A DNA stretch of 64,000 nt, taken from positions 8,842 through 72,841 of the forward strand of contig JABDDD010000001.1 of assembly GCA_013287765.1 (NCBI GenBank). Direction: 5' to 3'. A program made the translations under genes and the position numbers. This DNA comes from Gammaproteobacteria bacterium (GTDB lineage: Bacteria > Pseudomonadota > Gammaproteobacteria > DSM-16500). The notes under the pieces were generated by a model. That model was given only the letters and a program-made list of their open reading frames with translations. It had not been told where the DNA came from and searched no databases. Shown here in pieces: positions 1 through 11,802 of this stretch (positions within the stretch are counted from its first letter, which is position 1; each line of letters starts with the position of its first letter).

Positions 1-2054
1 TCATCATAGAGTGGATCAGTCTCTCCTTGACCCTCCTGACCTTCTCCTTGGGTATCTTGATCATCTCCTGAGGTAATATCTTCTAAGTAAGCTGGTTTGG
101 CATAGGTTTTCCAGGCTGCAACGACTCGATGAACCTCTTCATCTGCAACATAAGCGCCATGCACCCTGACCGGCACACCTGTGCCTGGCGGTAAATATAA
201 CATATCACCATTACCTAATAATTGCTCAGCTCCTTGTTGATCTAAAATAGTTCTAGAATCGATTCGAGAGGATACTTGAAAAGCCACTCGCGTTGGAATA
301 TTGGCTTTGATTAACCCTGTAATCACATCAACAGACGGACGTTGGGTGGCTACAATTAAATGGATCCCCGCCGCACGGGCTTTTTGTGCAATTCGGGCAA
401 TTAAATCTTCTACTTTTTTACCGACCACCATCATCATATCAGCCAGCTCATCTATCACCACCACAATAACAGGCAAGGGTTGCAACGTGGGGGGTTGATT
501 GCCTAAACTCATTAGCCATTCAGGTGTTGGCAGCGAACTTTCGACTACTTTATTATTATAATTACTTAAATTTCGCACCCCAAGAGCTGACATTAATTTA
601 TAACGCCTATCCATTTCAGCCACACACCAGCGTAAAGCATTGGCCGCATCTTTCATATCAGTAATCACCGGCGTTAATAAATGCGGAATACCTTCATAGA
701 CAGACAGTTCAAGCATTTTAGGATCGATCATAATTAAACGTAATTGCGAAGGGTCTGCTTTAAATAACATGCTAAGCAACATAGCATTTAAACTCACAGA
801 TTTACCAGCGCCCGTTGTGCCTGCTACAAGTAAGTGCGGCATTTTTGCTAAATCAACCACAACGGGATAGCCTGCAATGTCTTTACCTAAAACAAGGCTC
901 ACAGGCGATAGTGATTGTTGATAACGTTCTGACTCTAAGATATCTCTTAAGCAAAGTAATTCACGATGCTCATTAGGTAACTCAAGACCAATCACTGATT
1001 TTCCAGGAATCACTTCTACCACACGCACACTCGTCACAGACAAAGAACGCGCGATATCTTTAGCCAGTCCAGTAATTTTACTGACTTTAATGCCTGGCGC
1101 TAGGTCTAATTCAAATCGCGTGATAACAGGACCTGGATGCACTGCAACCACTTTGACTGACACGCCAAAATCTGCTAAGTGCTGCTCGACTAATTGAGAA
1201 AGCTCTTCAAAACTAATACTTGAAAATGCCTTTTCTTCATGAGGAGACGGTGGATTCAGTAAAGTTAACGGCGGTAACATGCCCGTATTTATTGTAACGC
1301 TCGTCACTGTTTGGGTTGACTTTTTTAATTGTTTTTCAATTATTTTAGGTTTGATCGATAACACCGGCATTATTTTTTTTGCAGGTGCTAACACTAACGC
1401 TTCAGCAGGTAATACTTTTTTCTTTTGACGAGAAAAAGCAAGTAATGATACTAATAATTTTGTCAGCTGTCGTCTGATGATCCCCATTAAACCAAGCCAA
1501 GAAATACCCGTAAATAAAGTTAATCCACATAATAATCCGGTCAATAATAACAGCACACTGCCTGTGATATTAAAACTTCGCATTAATTCAACAGTCGTGA
1601 CGTCTCCTAGAATACCGCCAGAATGGGCTGGCATTTCGATCAAACTATTATGCAAATACAGTCTGACCAAACCGCAACCTGTTAAGAGAATCAAAGCAAA
1701 CCCAATCAATTTGAAAATAAATTCACTGATTTTAAAATTTGGCATCGATTGATAATGATTAATACCAACCCAAGCCGCAAACACCAGCATAGGTGGTAGC
1801 AAATAAGCAATAAAACCAAAAATAGACAGAATCATATCTGCCAAAAATGCACCCGCTCGCCCGCCCCAATTATTAACTTGTTCACTTAATCCCGTGCTTG
1901 ACCAGCCCGGATCACTGGTATGATAACTCACAAAAGAAACCACTAAAAAAATAGCCAGAGCCGTTGAAAGAATCAATAATCCTTCACGTAATCGTAATCC
2001 CATATGAACCGCAATGGGTCGAGGATCAGATTTTTTAGCGGTTGCTTGCTTCAA
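1..2054 (-). CDS. ftsK: DNA translocase FtsK (C-terminal gamma domain cut off by the left window edge)
   Basis: A minus-strand reading frame is open to position 1; it is absent from the ORF track because it has no stop in the window. My translation from TTG 2054 (alternative ATG 2003) gives ...[33 protein letters not shown]...[25 protein letters not shown], an FtsK N-terminal membrane domain. Walker [10 protein letters not shown] is encoded at about 798-825, and ...GETDPLYDD near 1-30. Confidence 0.85.
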   Translation of the reverse strand, partial: MKQATAKKSDPRPIAVHMGLRLREGLLILSTALAIFLVVSFVSYHTSDPGWSSTGLSEQVNNWGGRAGAFLADMILSIFGFIAYLLPPMLVFAAWVGINHYQSMPNFKISEFIFKLIGFALILLTGCGLVRLYLHNSLIEMPAHSGGILGDVTTVELMRSFNITGSVLLLLTGLLCGLTLFTGISWLGLMGIIRRQLTKLLVSLLAFSRQKKKVLPAEALVLAPAKKIMPVLSIKPKIIEKQLKKSTQTVTSVTINTGMLPPLTLLNPPSPHEEKAFSSISFEELSQLVEQHLADFGVSVKVVAVHPGPVITRFELDLAPGIKVSKITGLAKDIARSLSVTSVRVVEVIPGKSVIGLELPNEHRELLCLRDILESERYQQSLSPVSLVLGKDIAGYPVVVDLAKMPHLLVAGTTGAGKSVSLNAMLLSMLFKADPSQLRLIMIDPKMLELSVYEGIPHLLTPVITDMKDAANALRWCVAEMDRRYKLMSALGVRNLSNYNNKVVESSLPTPEWLMSLGNQPPTLQPLPVIVVVIDELADMMMVVGKKVEDLIARIAQKARAAGIHLIVATQRPSVDVITGLIKANIPTRVAFQVSSRIDSRTILDQQGAEQLLGNGDMLYLPPGTGVPVRVHGAYVADEEVHRVVAAWKTYAKPAYLEDITSGDDQDTQGEGQEGQGETDPLYD

Positions 2055-2116
2055 GGTACACTCCAGGTATTTGACATAGCATTTGATTATCGTACTATAT
2101 CATTCTTAGAAAATAA

Positions 2117-3088
<972 letters not shown>

Positions 3089-3097
3089 GAGGATATC

Positions 3098-3541
3098 ATG
3101 GCAAAAAAAATGCAAACTTTATATGAAAAGGATTTTTACGCCTGGGCAATTCATAATGCGCAATTATTAAAATCAAGAAAATTATCAGAAATTGATATTG
3201 ACCATATTGCGGAGGAAATCGAAAGCATGGGAAAAAGTGAAAAAAGAGAATTATTAAATCGATTAGCGATTTTATTAGCACATTTATTAAAATGGAAATA
3301 TCAACCTGCTAAACAAAGTAAAAGCTGGGAATTCACTATCAAAGAACAGCGATTTGAACTAAATGATTTATTAATAGACAGCCCAAGCTTAAAACAAAAT
3401 TTAATAAAACAACTTTCACATGCTTACCAAAAAGCGCTACTACTTGCAGAAAAAGAAACTGGATTATTTAAGAAAACTTTCCCAAAAGAGTGTCCATTTT
3501 CTTTAAAACAAGCGTTACAAAAAGATTATTTACCAAAATAA
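3098..3541 (+). CDS. DUF29 family protein
   Basis: N-terminal [45 protein letters not shown] is the typical DUF29 signature. An AGGAGGA RBS lies directly upstream. Confidence 0.7.
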   Translation: MAKKMQTLYEKDFYAWAIHNAQLLKSRKLSEIDIDHIAEEIESMGKSEKRELLNRLAILLAHLLKWKYQPAKQSKSWEFTIKEQRFELNDLLIDSPSLKQNLIKQLSHAYQKALLLAEKETGLFKKTFPKECPFSLKQALQKDYLPK

Positions 3542-3627
3542 ACTTTAAGAAAAATTTGCAAGTGGGCGTGTTTTCAGGCATCATTTGCAGTTTTGTGACA
3601 ACCAATTTATATAAGCTTAGGAATAAT

Positions 3628-3894
3628 ATGGCAAAAGAAGATCAAATTGAGATGGAAGGCACTGTCCTTGACACGTTACCCAACACGATGTTTAGAGTTC
3701 AACTAGAAAATGGTCATGTGGTTATTGCCCATATTTCGGGTAAAATGCGTAAAAATTACATCCGAATTTTAAAGGGAGACAAAGTCACTGTGCAACTAAC
3801 CCCTTATGATTTGACCAAAGGCCGTATTACCTTCCGCAGCCGGGATGGGAGCAGTCGACAACAACCTGAAAATAAAGATGAAGCCAGTAGTTGA
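3628..3894 (+). CDS. infA: translation initiation factor IF-1, with a roughly 16-aa C-terminal extension
   Basis: [72 protein letters not shown] is canonical IF-1. I placed the start at ATG 3628 rather than the track start at 3490. Confidence 0.9.
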   Translation: MAKEDQIEMEGTVLDTLPNTMFRVQLENGHVVIAHISGKMRKNYIRILKGDKVTVQLTPYDLTKGRITFRSRDGSSRQQPENKDEASS

Positions 3895-3898
3895 TATA

Positions 3899-6205
3899 TT
3901 AATGTACATCATGATCCACCGTTTCTCCAATGGCAAATTTTAATTTATTTTCCTCAACTGTCACAATCACATGACCGCCTTGATTGAGTTTGCCAAATAA
4001 TAATTCTTCTGCCAGCGGACGTTTAATTTGTTCTTGAATTAAACGTGCCATCGGCCGTGCACCCATTTTAATATCATAACCATGCTCTGCTAACCATTTT
4101 CGCGCGTCATCTTCAATTTCTAGCACAACATGTTTAGGCTCAAGCTGTACTTCCAATTCCATCAAGAATTTATTAACAACATATAAAATCGTTTTCATAT
4201 CAAGCGGCTTAAATTGAATAATTGCATCAAGTCGATTACGAAATTCTGGTGAAAAAATCTTATGAACCGCTTTCATTACATCCGTTGTGCTCTTTTCATC
4301 AGGCGTAAAACCAATCGATGTTTTATCAAAAGAATCAGCACCTGCATTGGATGTCATAATAAAAATAGTGTGACGAAAATCTGTTTTTCGACCATTGGTA
4401 TCTGTTAAAGTACCATGATCCATCACTTGTAATAATAAATTATAAACATCAGGATGCGCTTTTTCAATTTCATCTAACAACACCACAGAATGCGGATGTT
4501 TATTCACAGCTTCTGTCAGCAATCCCCCTTCATCATAGCCAACATAACCAGGAGGAGCGCCAATTAAACGAGACACCGTGTGGCGTTCCATGTATTCAGA
4601 CATATCAAAACGAATGAATTCTATGCCTAATATTTTGGCGAGTTGTTTACAAACTTCTGTTTTTCCAACCCCTGTTGGGCCTACAAATAAGAAAGAACCA
4701 ATGGGCTTTAACGCATCACGCAATCCAGAACGTGATAAGCGAACAGCCGCTCCTAAAATTTCAATCGCTTCATCTTGGCCAAAAATCATCATTTTAAGAT
4801 CACGGGTTAAACTTTTTAATAATTCACGATCAGACGTCGACACATTCTTTTCAGGAATTCTTGCAATTTTTGCGACTACTTTTTCAATGTCAGACGCTTC
4901 AATTATTTGATGACGACTCGCTTCTGGTAGTAAATATTGATAAGCACCGACTTCATCCACTAAATCAATTGCTTTATCGGGCAATCGACGGTCTGAAATA
5001 TATCGCGCTGATAATTTAGCAGCCGCTTCTAATGATTCGTCAGTATATTTGACATGATGATGTGATTCAAAACGACTGCGTAACCCTTTTAAAATATCAA
5101 TCGTTTGATCAACAGTCGGTTCTTTGACATCAATTTTTTGAAAACGTCGTGCCAACGCATGGTCTTTTTCAAAAATACCGCGATATTCTTTATAGGTTGT
5201 TGATCCGATACAAGTCAGATCCCCTGACGCTAACAGCGGTTTTATTAAATTAGAAACATCCATTAAACCACCCGATGCAGCCCCTGCACCGATAATAGTA
5301 TGGATTTCATCAATAAATAAAATAGCGCCTTTTTGCGTTTTTAATTGATGCAAAACGCTTTTTAACCGTTTTTCAAAATCGCCGCGATATTTAGTGCCTG
5401 CCAATAAACTGCCTAAATCCAAAGAATAAATCATCGCGTCATCTAAAATAGCAGGGACTTTCTTTTCAATAATAAGTCGTGCCAACCCTTCGGCAATCGC
5501 AGTTTTACCAACACCTGCTTCACCCACTAAGAGTGGATTATTTTTGCGACGACGACAAAGCACTTGAATGGTTCGTTCAATTTCATCTTCTCGTCCCACT
5601 AAAGGATCAATCATCCCTAATTTTGCCCGTGCATTTAAATTCATGGTGAATTGCTCTAAGGGGCTGCCACCACCTTCTGGGCTGTCACCACTTTCACCTT
5701 CTTCCATATAATGCTGAGAACCAAATTGATCTTGTTGTTCGCCTGGTCGTGGTTGTTGTACAGGGATACGTGCTTTTGTTGAGCCATGCGCAATAAAATT
5801 AATAACATCTAAACGGCTCACATTTTCTTGACGAATTAAATAAACACTTTGACTTTCTTGTTCGCTAAAAATAGCCGCTAAAACATTAGCGCCAGTGACT
5901 TCTGTTTTTCCAGAAGATTGCACATGAAAAACAGCACGTTGCAAAACCCGTTGAAATCCTAAAGTGGGTTGCGTATCTCGATCATGAATATGCATAGGAA
6001 TAATAGGTGTGGTGCGATCAATAAACTCGATTAAATTATTGCGTAATCGACCCAGATTGGCACCGCAGGCTTTTAAAACTTCTACGGCGGCAGAGTTATC
6101 AAGCAGCGCAATTAACAAATGCTCCACTGTCACAAATTCATGACGTTTAGCACGTGCTGCTTTAAAAGCTAGGTTCAAAGTATATTCAAGTTCTTTGTCT
6201 AGCAT
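3899..6205 (-). CDS. clpA: ATP-dependent Clp protease ATP-binding subunit ClpA
   Basis: 768 aa with an N-domain and two AAA+ modules (GEAGVGKT and GPTGVGKT Walker A motifs). It lies immediately downstream of clpS. Confidence 0.9.
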   Translation of the reverse strand: MLDKELEYTLNLAFKAARAKRHEFVTVEHLLIALLDNSAAVEVLKACGANLGRLRNNLIEFIDRTTPIIPMHIHDRDTQPTLGFQRVLQRAVFHVQSSGKTEVTGANVLAAIFSEQESQSVYLIRQENVSRLDVINFIAHGSTKARIPVQQPRPGEQQDQFGSQHYMEEGESGDSPEGGGSPLEQFTMNLNARAKLGMIDPLVGREDEIERTIQVLCRRRKNNPLLVGEAGVGKTAIAEGLARLIIEKKVPAILDDAMIYSLDLGSLLAGTKYRGDFEKRLKSVLHQLKTQKGAILFIDEIHTIIGAGAASGGLMDVSNLIKPLLASGDLTCIGSTTYKEYRGIFEKDHALARRFQKIDVKEPTVDQTIDILKGLRSRFESHHHVKYTDESLEAAAKLSARYISDRRLPDKAIDLVDEVGAYQYLLPEASRHQIIEASDIEKVVAKIARIPEKNVSTSDRELLKSLTRDLKMMIFGQDEAIEILGAAVRLSRSGLRDALKPIGSFLFVGPTGVGKTEVCKQLAKILGIEFIRFDMSEYMERHTVSRLIGAPPGYVGYDEGGLLTEAVNKHPHSVVLLDEIEKAHPDVYNLLLQVMDHGTLTDTNGRKTDFRHTIFIMTSNAGADSFDKTSIGFTPDEKSTTDVMKAVHKIFSPEFRNRLDAIIQFKPLDMKTILYVVNKFLMELEVQLEPKHVVLEIEDDARKWLAEHGYDIKMGARPMARLIQEQIKRPLAEELLFGKLNQGGHVIVTVEENKLKFAIGETVDHDVH

Positions 6206-6225
6206 GGCACACCTCCTAACTTAAA

Positions 6226-6564
6226 TTAGGTTGCCTCTATGCTGCATAATAGAGGGTGATCATGCTTCCTTGCATACTCCATTACTTGATCTACTTTTGT
6301 CTCTGCAACATCTTTACTGTAAATCCCACAAACCGCTTTACCTACTGTATGTATCTCTTGCATAATTCTAGTTGCTAATTCAAGTTCAGTGCCAAAAAAA
6401 AGTTGCAACACATGCACTACAAAATCCATTGGCGTAAAATCATCATTATGCATCACCACTTTAAACAACGAAGGTTCTTTCAAAAGTGGCTTTATCTCTT
6501 CTCTTATTTCAACTTCAACGAGCGCTCTACCCTCGCCTGAACAAATTATAATCATTCTCCTCAT
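6226..6564 (-). CDS. clpS: ClpA adaptor protein ClpS
   Basis: [27 protein letters not shown]...[14 protein letters not shown] is a ClpS core. The clpS-clpA operon arrangement supports the call. The start is uncertain (6564 or 6555). Confidence 0.85.
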   Translation of the reverse strand: MRRMIIICSGEGRALVEVEIREEIKPLLKEPSLFKVVMHNDDFTPMDFVVHVLQLFFGTELELATRIMQEIHTVGKAVCGIYSKDVAETKVDQVMEYARKHDHPLLCSIEAT

Positions 6565-6759
6565 TGACCTCTTACTTATAGTATATGCGTATATCTCATT
6601 TTTTCCTTATTCAAAGAAAAAATCCATTGACGTTATCACTAATAGCCAGACATTTTTATACTTTAAAAAGACTACCAAACACTATTTGTGCAAAAAATAA
6701 TTACTTGACAATAGATTATTTCTCACTATTAAAAAATAAAAGATTTAGGCAAAAAATGC

Positions 6760-8019
6760 TCATTTTTTCATGTGGTTAATAATTGCATCGCCAAAGCCAG
6801 ATGAGCTCACTTCTTGGGCATCATTTATTAAACGTGCAAAATCATAAGTGACTGTTTTAGCCGTGATAGCGCCTTCAATGCCTTTGATAATTAAATCAGC
6901 AGCCTCATGCCAATTCATATATCGTAGCATCATTTCTGCCGATAAAATCAACGAGCCAGGGTTTACCTTATCAAGTCCTGCATATTTGGGGGCTGTGCCA
7001 TGGGTCGCTTCAAACATCGCAACAGTATCGCTTAAATTAGCCCCAGGGGCGATCCCGATACCCCCTACTTCAGCCGCCAGTGCATCTGAGATGTAATCGC
7101 CATTTAAATTTAAAGTTGCAATCACGCTATAGTCTGCTGGGCGCAGTAAAATTTGTTGTAAAAAAGCATCGGCGATCACATCTTTAATAATAATATCATG
7201 ACCATTATTAGGATTTTTTAACACACACCAAGGACCGTTATCTATTAAAGTTGCACTAAATTCTTCGCTCGCAAGCTCATACCCCCAATCACGAAAAGCC
7301 CCTTCAGTGAATTTCATAATATTGCCTTTATGCACTAAAGTCACAGAGCTTTTATCATGATCTATGGCGTATTGAATGGCTTTTTTAACCAGACGTTTGG
7401 TGCCAGCTGCTGAGACGGGTTTAATGCCAATTCCGCACTGTTTGGGAAAACGAATTTTTTTGACATGCATTTCTTCTTCTAAAAAACGAATGACTTTTTT
7501 AGCAGCATCACTATCCGCAGGCCATTCAATACCCGCATAAATATCTTCGGAATTTTCACGAAAAATAATCATATCGACATCTTCAGGACGTTTCACCGGA
7601 CTTGGAACGCCTTTGAAATAACGCACGGGGCGCAAGCAAACATACAAGTCAAGCTCTTGGCGTAGAGTCACATTCAAAGAGCGAATCCCACCGCCCACAG
7701 GAGTTGTTAAAGGGCCTTTAATCGAGACGACATAATCTTTAACGGCTGCTAATGTTTCTTTGGGTAGCCATGTGTCTTTATCATATATTTTTGTCGCTTT
7801 TTCACCGGCATAAATTTCCATCCAATGAATCTGGCGGCTGTTTTGGTAAGCTGTTTTAACGGCCGCATCGACCACTTTTCGCATGACAGGTGTAATATCA
7901 ACACCTGTGCCATCGCCTTCAATAAAAGGAATAATAGGATTAGATGGTACGTTTAAAGAAAAATCAGCATTAACAGTGATTTTTTTGCCGTGTTCTGGGA
8001 TGTGAATGGGATGGCTCAT
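6760..8019 (-). CDS. icd: NADP-dependent isocitrate dehydrogenase
   Basis: 419 aa with typical Icd blocks: [47 protein letters not shown]. Confidence 0.9.
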   Translation of the reverse strand: MSHPIHIPEHGKKITVNADFSLNVPSNPIIPFIEGDGTGVDITPVMRKVVDAAVKTAYQNSRQIHWMEIYAGEKATKIYDKDTWLPKETLAAVKDYVVSIKGPLTTPVGGGIRSLNVTLRQELDLYVCLRPVRYFKGVPSPVKRPEDVDMIIFRENSEDIYAGIEWPADSDAAKKVIRFLEEEMHVKKIRFPKQCGIGIKPVSAAGTKRLVKKAIQYAIDHDKSSVTLVHKGNIMKFTEGAFRDWGYELASEEFSATLIDNGPWCVLKNPNNGHDIIIKDVIADAFLQQILLRPADYSVIATLNLNGDYISDALAAEVGGIGIAPGANLSDTVAMFEATHGTAPKYAGLDKVNPGSLILSAEMMLRYMNWHEAADLIIKGIEGAITAKTVTYDFARLINDAQEVSSSGFGDAIINHMKK

Positions 8020-8049
8020 TAAATACTCCTAACTAAAATTTTAATTACT

Positions 8050-8100
8050 TCTCCCCTTGTGGGAGAAGCTGGCACGAAGTGCCTCTCCCACAAGGGGAGA
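8050..8100. repeat. palindromic REP-like element with 17-bp perfect arms
   Basis: TCTCCCCTTGTGGGAGA (8050-8066) and TCTCCCACAAGGGGAGA (8084-8100) flank an inner hairpin GGCAC-gaa-GTGCC. A related half-copy CCCACAAGGGAAGAGGTGA lies at about 44726-44744. Confidence 0.7.
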
Positions 8101-8168
8101 GGTGAAAAAGCATTTAGCAAAGAAAAAAAGAAAGTATGGTATCAATCTTGTTCGCAACTCACAAGATG

Positions 8169-9140
8169 TTACATCATACTACATCTTTTCCCCCCTTTTT
8201 TTGGTGCGGGCACAGGTGTTGTTTTAGGATCAGAAGAATCAGGGTTAGTGGTTAATGAATCTGTATTGTTTGAAGAGATACTACTTCTATACGCACTATT
8301 AGAACTACTATATAAAGTAGAAGGAGTTTGACTCACAGAGGCACCAAAAAGTTGTCGCGCCGATGCAGGTTGTGCAGGTGGTGCAACAGGGGTGAGAGGC
8401 CTAGGGGGGGTTTTGGGTGTAGTATTTGGCGTCCTGTCAGGTGTTGATGTTACTTCCGTAACACCCACGACTCTAGTTTGTTGCGGCGGCGTTTCTGGAA
8501 TATGAACATCAGTAATAGCAGCTAAATCTGCTTGGTCTTTTACTTTTTGTCCACAACAATCATAAGCTGGTTTAAGAGATACTTCTTCATACTTATCTAT
8601 TTCTACTAATGTTTTAGCAGCCTCCAGATGTGTAGCATAAAATTTATCAGTAAAAGCCTTACATTCTGTTTGCAATTTTTCATCTTGTAAAGTTTTACGC
8701 TGGGCTCTTAATTCAGTCAAATTAGTACCACAGTGATTTGCCATATTAACTATAGCTGCATGCAACTCATCTTCTTTTTTTTTCTCTGTGCTAAGTAATG
8801 TATATCTACGTTGAGACTCTTTTTCATCAATTGATTTTGCGTCTATTGAGTTAATTATTGCATTTGATTCAATGCAGCGCTGCTTGCAAAGTTTCCATAA
8901 GCTGCCTAGTTGTAGTTCCAAATGTGTAATCATTATATGACTTTCTTTTTCAAGACTTGATATATTCTTATAAGTTTTTTGATCTTGCTCTGAAAGAGAA
9001 CGGATTTTTTCTGCCATTGCAATACCCATTTTCAACAGGCGTTCTACTTCTTTTCTTATTAATTCCTCCGATAGATCAATGCCTTTTTCCTTAAGAGATG
9101 CTTTAATATCTGTTATCATTCTAGCTGCAGCCATTATCAT
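8169..9140 (-). CDS. hypothetical coiled-coil protein with a Pro/Ser/Thr-rich tail and a C-terminal CaaX box (candidate translocated effector)
   Basis: 323 aa with no recognisable enzymatic motif. The C-terminus is ...APKKGGKRCSMM-stop, a polybasic stretch followed by C-a-a-X. Confidence 0.55.
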   Translation of the reverse strand: MIMAAARMITDIKASLKEKGIDLSEELIRKEVERLLKMGIAMAEKIRSLSEQDQKTYKNISSLEKESHIMITHLELQLGSLWKLCKQRCIESNAIINSIDAKSIDEKESQRRYTLLSTEKKKEDELHAAIVNMANHCGTNLTELRAQRKTLQDEKLQTECKAFTDKFYATHLEAAKTLVEIDKYEEVSLKPAYDCCGQKVKDQADLAAITDVHIPETPPQQTRVVGVTEVTSTPDRTPNTTPKTPPRPLTPVAPPAQPASARQLFGASVSQTPSTLYSSSNSAYRSSISSNNTDSLTTNPDSSDPKTTPVPAPKKGGKRCSMM

Positions 9141-9242
9141 TTCTCCTTAAATTTAAAAAAATTTCCCTATGTTGAAACAAGGACAATCTTATCAAGAATG
9201 AATCAAAATAGATGCAAGATAAATAAGCTTAAATTTATACGC

Positions 9243-10385
9243 TTAAAGCTTTCTATGATGAGAAATAATAGGAGCGGGTTCTTCCTCATCTGCTTTATCA
9301 GATAGTTTGGGGGATGGGGGTTGTTGACGTATTTTTTCTTCTTGAGCTTGAATAGTTTTATTGATATATGCTATTTCTTTTGCACTTTCTGCTAAAAAAT
9401 GTTTGATCGGTTGACCAAGTTTAGATTTCTCTTGCGATAAGTGAGCTACCTCAACATAATCTTTAACATGATTAATCGGAGAGCGAGCAATATCGGATAA
9501 ATTTTTCCTCTGATCTGAAATTTCTTCCCTCATTTTTCCTAGTGCTTCTTTGGTCATTTCTAATGGCTTGATTAGATTATCAACCTTAACCACTTCATCC
9601 ACATGTTGATGTAACAAATGAAAATTAGGATGGCTTTGTAAACCAGACCATATATCTTCACTCACTATTCTTTTATCATTATCCGTTAAAACAGTCTCTT
9701 TTAGACAAGAGGCTATATGCCCTTCCACATAAGGACCACCCAACCATTTTTCTTTTAAATTAGTCATCGAAGTCACACCTTGATGCACTTCTTCAATAAA
9801 TTTATCAAAAAGTTTTTCTAAGGGATTTCTAAGATCAACCGGCACACCATTCACAGAATATCGTACCTGCTTTATTAAATCATCACGAATACGATTCACA
9901 GTTGGAATCACTTTGTAATCAATAATCGCTTTTTTAATGGCTTTTAATTGCGCAATTTTTTCGGCGATCTCGGTAAGAAATAGCTTTAATTGACTTAATA
10001 ATTGATTGAAAAATTCCATCAGCTGCTTAATTTTGTCTATTAGATTTTCGCGCGCTTCAACTGGTTTTTGCTTGATTAATTCTTCATAATAATAAAATTC
10101 TTCTTCTTTACGCTTTTGTCGATCTAATTCCATTTGTCTTAACTCTTCTCGCGCTTGCAAAGCTAAACGCAAAGCATACGCCGCAGTTAATCGTACTTCT
10201 TTTTCTACAATTTCTTTTACTTCTTTTTCAGTACGTGCAAAATTTATTTTTTGCGCTTCTATCGAATTGGGATTGCCTCGTCCACGCAAGAAATCCTCTC
10301 GTTGACGCTTAATGAGAACCTCTAGTGATTCCGCCAATTCACCATAAATCTGAATCTGACCTTTCATGAAATCACATTCGTTCAT
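9243..10385 (-). CDS. hypothetical coiled-coil protein (effector-like orphan)
   Basis: A long ORF of 380 aa, rich in heptad-like charged segments, with no conserved catalytic motif that I recognise. Confidence 0.45.
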   Translation of the reverse strand: MNECDFMKGQIQIYGELAESLEVLIKRQREDFLRGRGNPNSIEAQKINFARTEKEVKEIVEKEVRLTAAYALRLALQAREELRQMELDRQKRKEEEFYYYEELIKQKPVEARENLIDKIKQLMEFFNQLLSQLKLFLTEIAEKIAQLKAIKKAIIDYKVIPTVNRIRDDLIKQVRYSVNGVPVDLRNPLEKLFDKFIEEVHQGVTSMTNLKEKWLGGPYVEGHIASCLKETVLTDNDKRIVSEDIWSGLQSHPNFHLLHQHVDEVVKVDNLIKPLEMTKEALGKMREEISDQRKNLSDIARSPINHVKDYVEVAHLSQEKSKLGQPIKHFLAESAKEIAYINKTIQAQEEKIRQQPPSPKLSDKADEEEPAPIISHHRKL

Positions 10386-10545
10386 TATAAGACACCCCCA
10401 TCAAACCGTGGAAGGGAACATCCTTGTCTAGATTTATCTGTATAATCTTATTAAGTACAATTTTAACACATTTTTAAGTAAAATAATGCAAAATTAAGGC
10501 AAAAAAATGATTTTATACTCCTATCTTATTGATTTTAAAAATATT

Positions 10546-11733
10546 TTAAAATGTTTCTTTGACAGCTAATGAAATAATGAATACCGCTAAAATGCCTAAA
10601 AAAATTACAGCTCCGCGACCGCCTAACACTTGGTAATGCCCAATTGATAAGCCTTTTTTATATCGGCCGCTATACACCATTAGAGCAGGTAACAGCACTA
10701 ATAAAACTAAACAAATAATCCCTGCATAATTTAAAGCTTGAGTGAAAATACTCGGATAAAAAATAACTAAAATAAGCGGCGGTAAAAAAGTAATACAATT
10801 AATAATGATATTGCCGAATCCTTTTTTCTTTATGTGTAATCCATCGGCTAGAAAATCGACTAAACTTAATGAGACACATAAAAATGAAGTCAATACGCAA
10901 ATAGCCGTGAAAATATGTGCAATAATACTGATAGAATCATTATTTAAATAATCACTTAAAGATTGCGTCAACAAAGCAACTGAGCCACCTGTTTGCATAA
11001 TATTTAATATATTGTCACGAGGCACAGCGCCTAAAATACTTAAATTCCAGAAAAAATAACAGACAAAAGGAATCAAACTACCGATCAAAATCGCTTGGCG
11101 TAATTTTTTAATATCACTATCAAAATAACTGCGCAAACTAGGAATAATATTGGCAAAGCCAAAAGAAGTCAGCGTGACTGTGATCGTTGAAGTAAATAAT
11201 AACGGATGACCCGCTGCTAATTGTTGTGCTTTAACATGGGGAAAAGCAAAAGAAATCAAGATAAACAAAAAAGTTAACTTGATCGTCATCAACGCACGAT
11301 TCACATAATCAACTGGTTTAATCCCACGAAATACAATAAACCCAAAAATAATGACAAATAACACAGAATCCAACCAAAGCGGGGTCTGCAACCCTGTTTT
11401 TGCAGTCAGCGAATTAAAAAGATCAGACCCGCCTGAAATAAAAGCAGATAACAGCGTATAAAGTAACAACAAAAAACTAACCCACGCAACGAGCGCACCT
11501 GGCTTACCTAATGTTTTTTTTGCCATGGTAATAATATTATTGCCAGGCGGCATCCAAAGATTGACTTCCAAAATCAAAAAAGCACTAAAAGTCATGATGC
11601 CCCAACACAAAAACATCGTTAAAACAGACATCAAAAATCCACTTTCCGCAGTCACTATAGGTAAAGCTAACATCCCAGCCCCAATAGAGGTACCGACAAT
11701 TAATAATATTCCGCCCGCAATTTTAGTATCCAT
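10546..11733 (-). CDS. aromatic amino acid (Tyr/Trp) permease, TyrP/Mtr/TnaB family
   Basis: N-terminal GGILLIVGTSIGAGMLALPIVTAESGF is the signature of this family. About 11 predicted TM segments; 395 aa. Confidence 0.75.
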   Translation of the reverse strand: MDTKIAGGILLIVGTSIGAGMLALPIVTAESGFLMSVLTMFLCWGIMTFSAFLILEVNLWMPPGNNIITMAKKTLGKPGALVAWVSFLLLLYTLLSAFISGGSDLFNSLTAKTGLQTPLWLDSVLFVIIFGFIVFRGIKPVDYVNRALMTIKLTFLFILISFAFPHVKAQQLAAGHPLLFTSTITVTLTSFGFANIIPSLRSYFDSDIKKLRQAILIGSLIPFVCYFFWNLSILGAVPRDNILNIMQTGGSVALLTQSLSDYLNNDSISIIAHIFTAICVLTSFLCVSLSLVDFLADGLHIKKKGFGNIIINCITFLPPLILVIFYPSIFTQALNYAGIICLVLLVLLPALMVYSGRYKKGLSIGHYQVLGGRGAVIFLGILAVFIISLAVKETF

Positions 11734-11802
11734 TTTCTTCCTTAGATTTACATATGTGACCCAGAATGATACACTTTGTCACTTTATTTAGCTAATATTT
11801 TT

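Noticed and set aside
4578-4910. Antisense or shadow ORFs inside conserved genes. Examples are 301-498 and 1477-1752 in ftsK, 4578-4910 in clpA, 6848-7096 in icd, 47374-48577 in mutS, 22806-23095 in dapD, and 51643-53826 in alaS.
   Set aside because: All lie fully within well-supported genes on the opposite strand or in another frame. They have low-complexity, atypical composition and no RBS support.
8059-8331. A 90-aa plus-strand ORF starting in the icd upstream region.
   Set aside because: Its N-terminus is a translation of the palindromic REP-like element, and the rest is antisense to the CaaX-protein gene.
8909-8919. An 11-mer GTTGTAGTTCC identical to the first 11 nt of the CRISPR repeat, inside the CaaX-protein gene.
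   Set aside because: Given 26 possible 11-mers in the repeat and 128 kb of two-strand sequence, a chance hit is expected at roughly order one. There is no flanking similarity.
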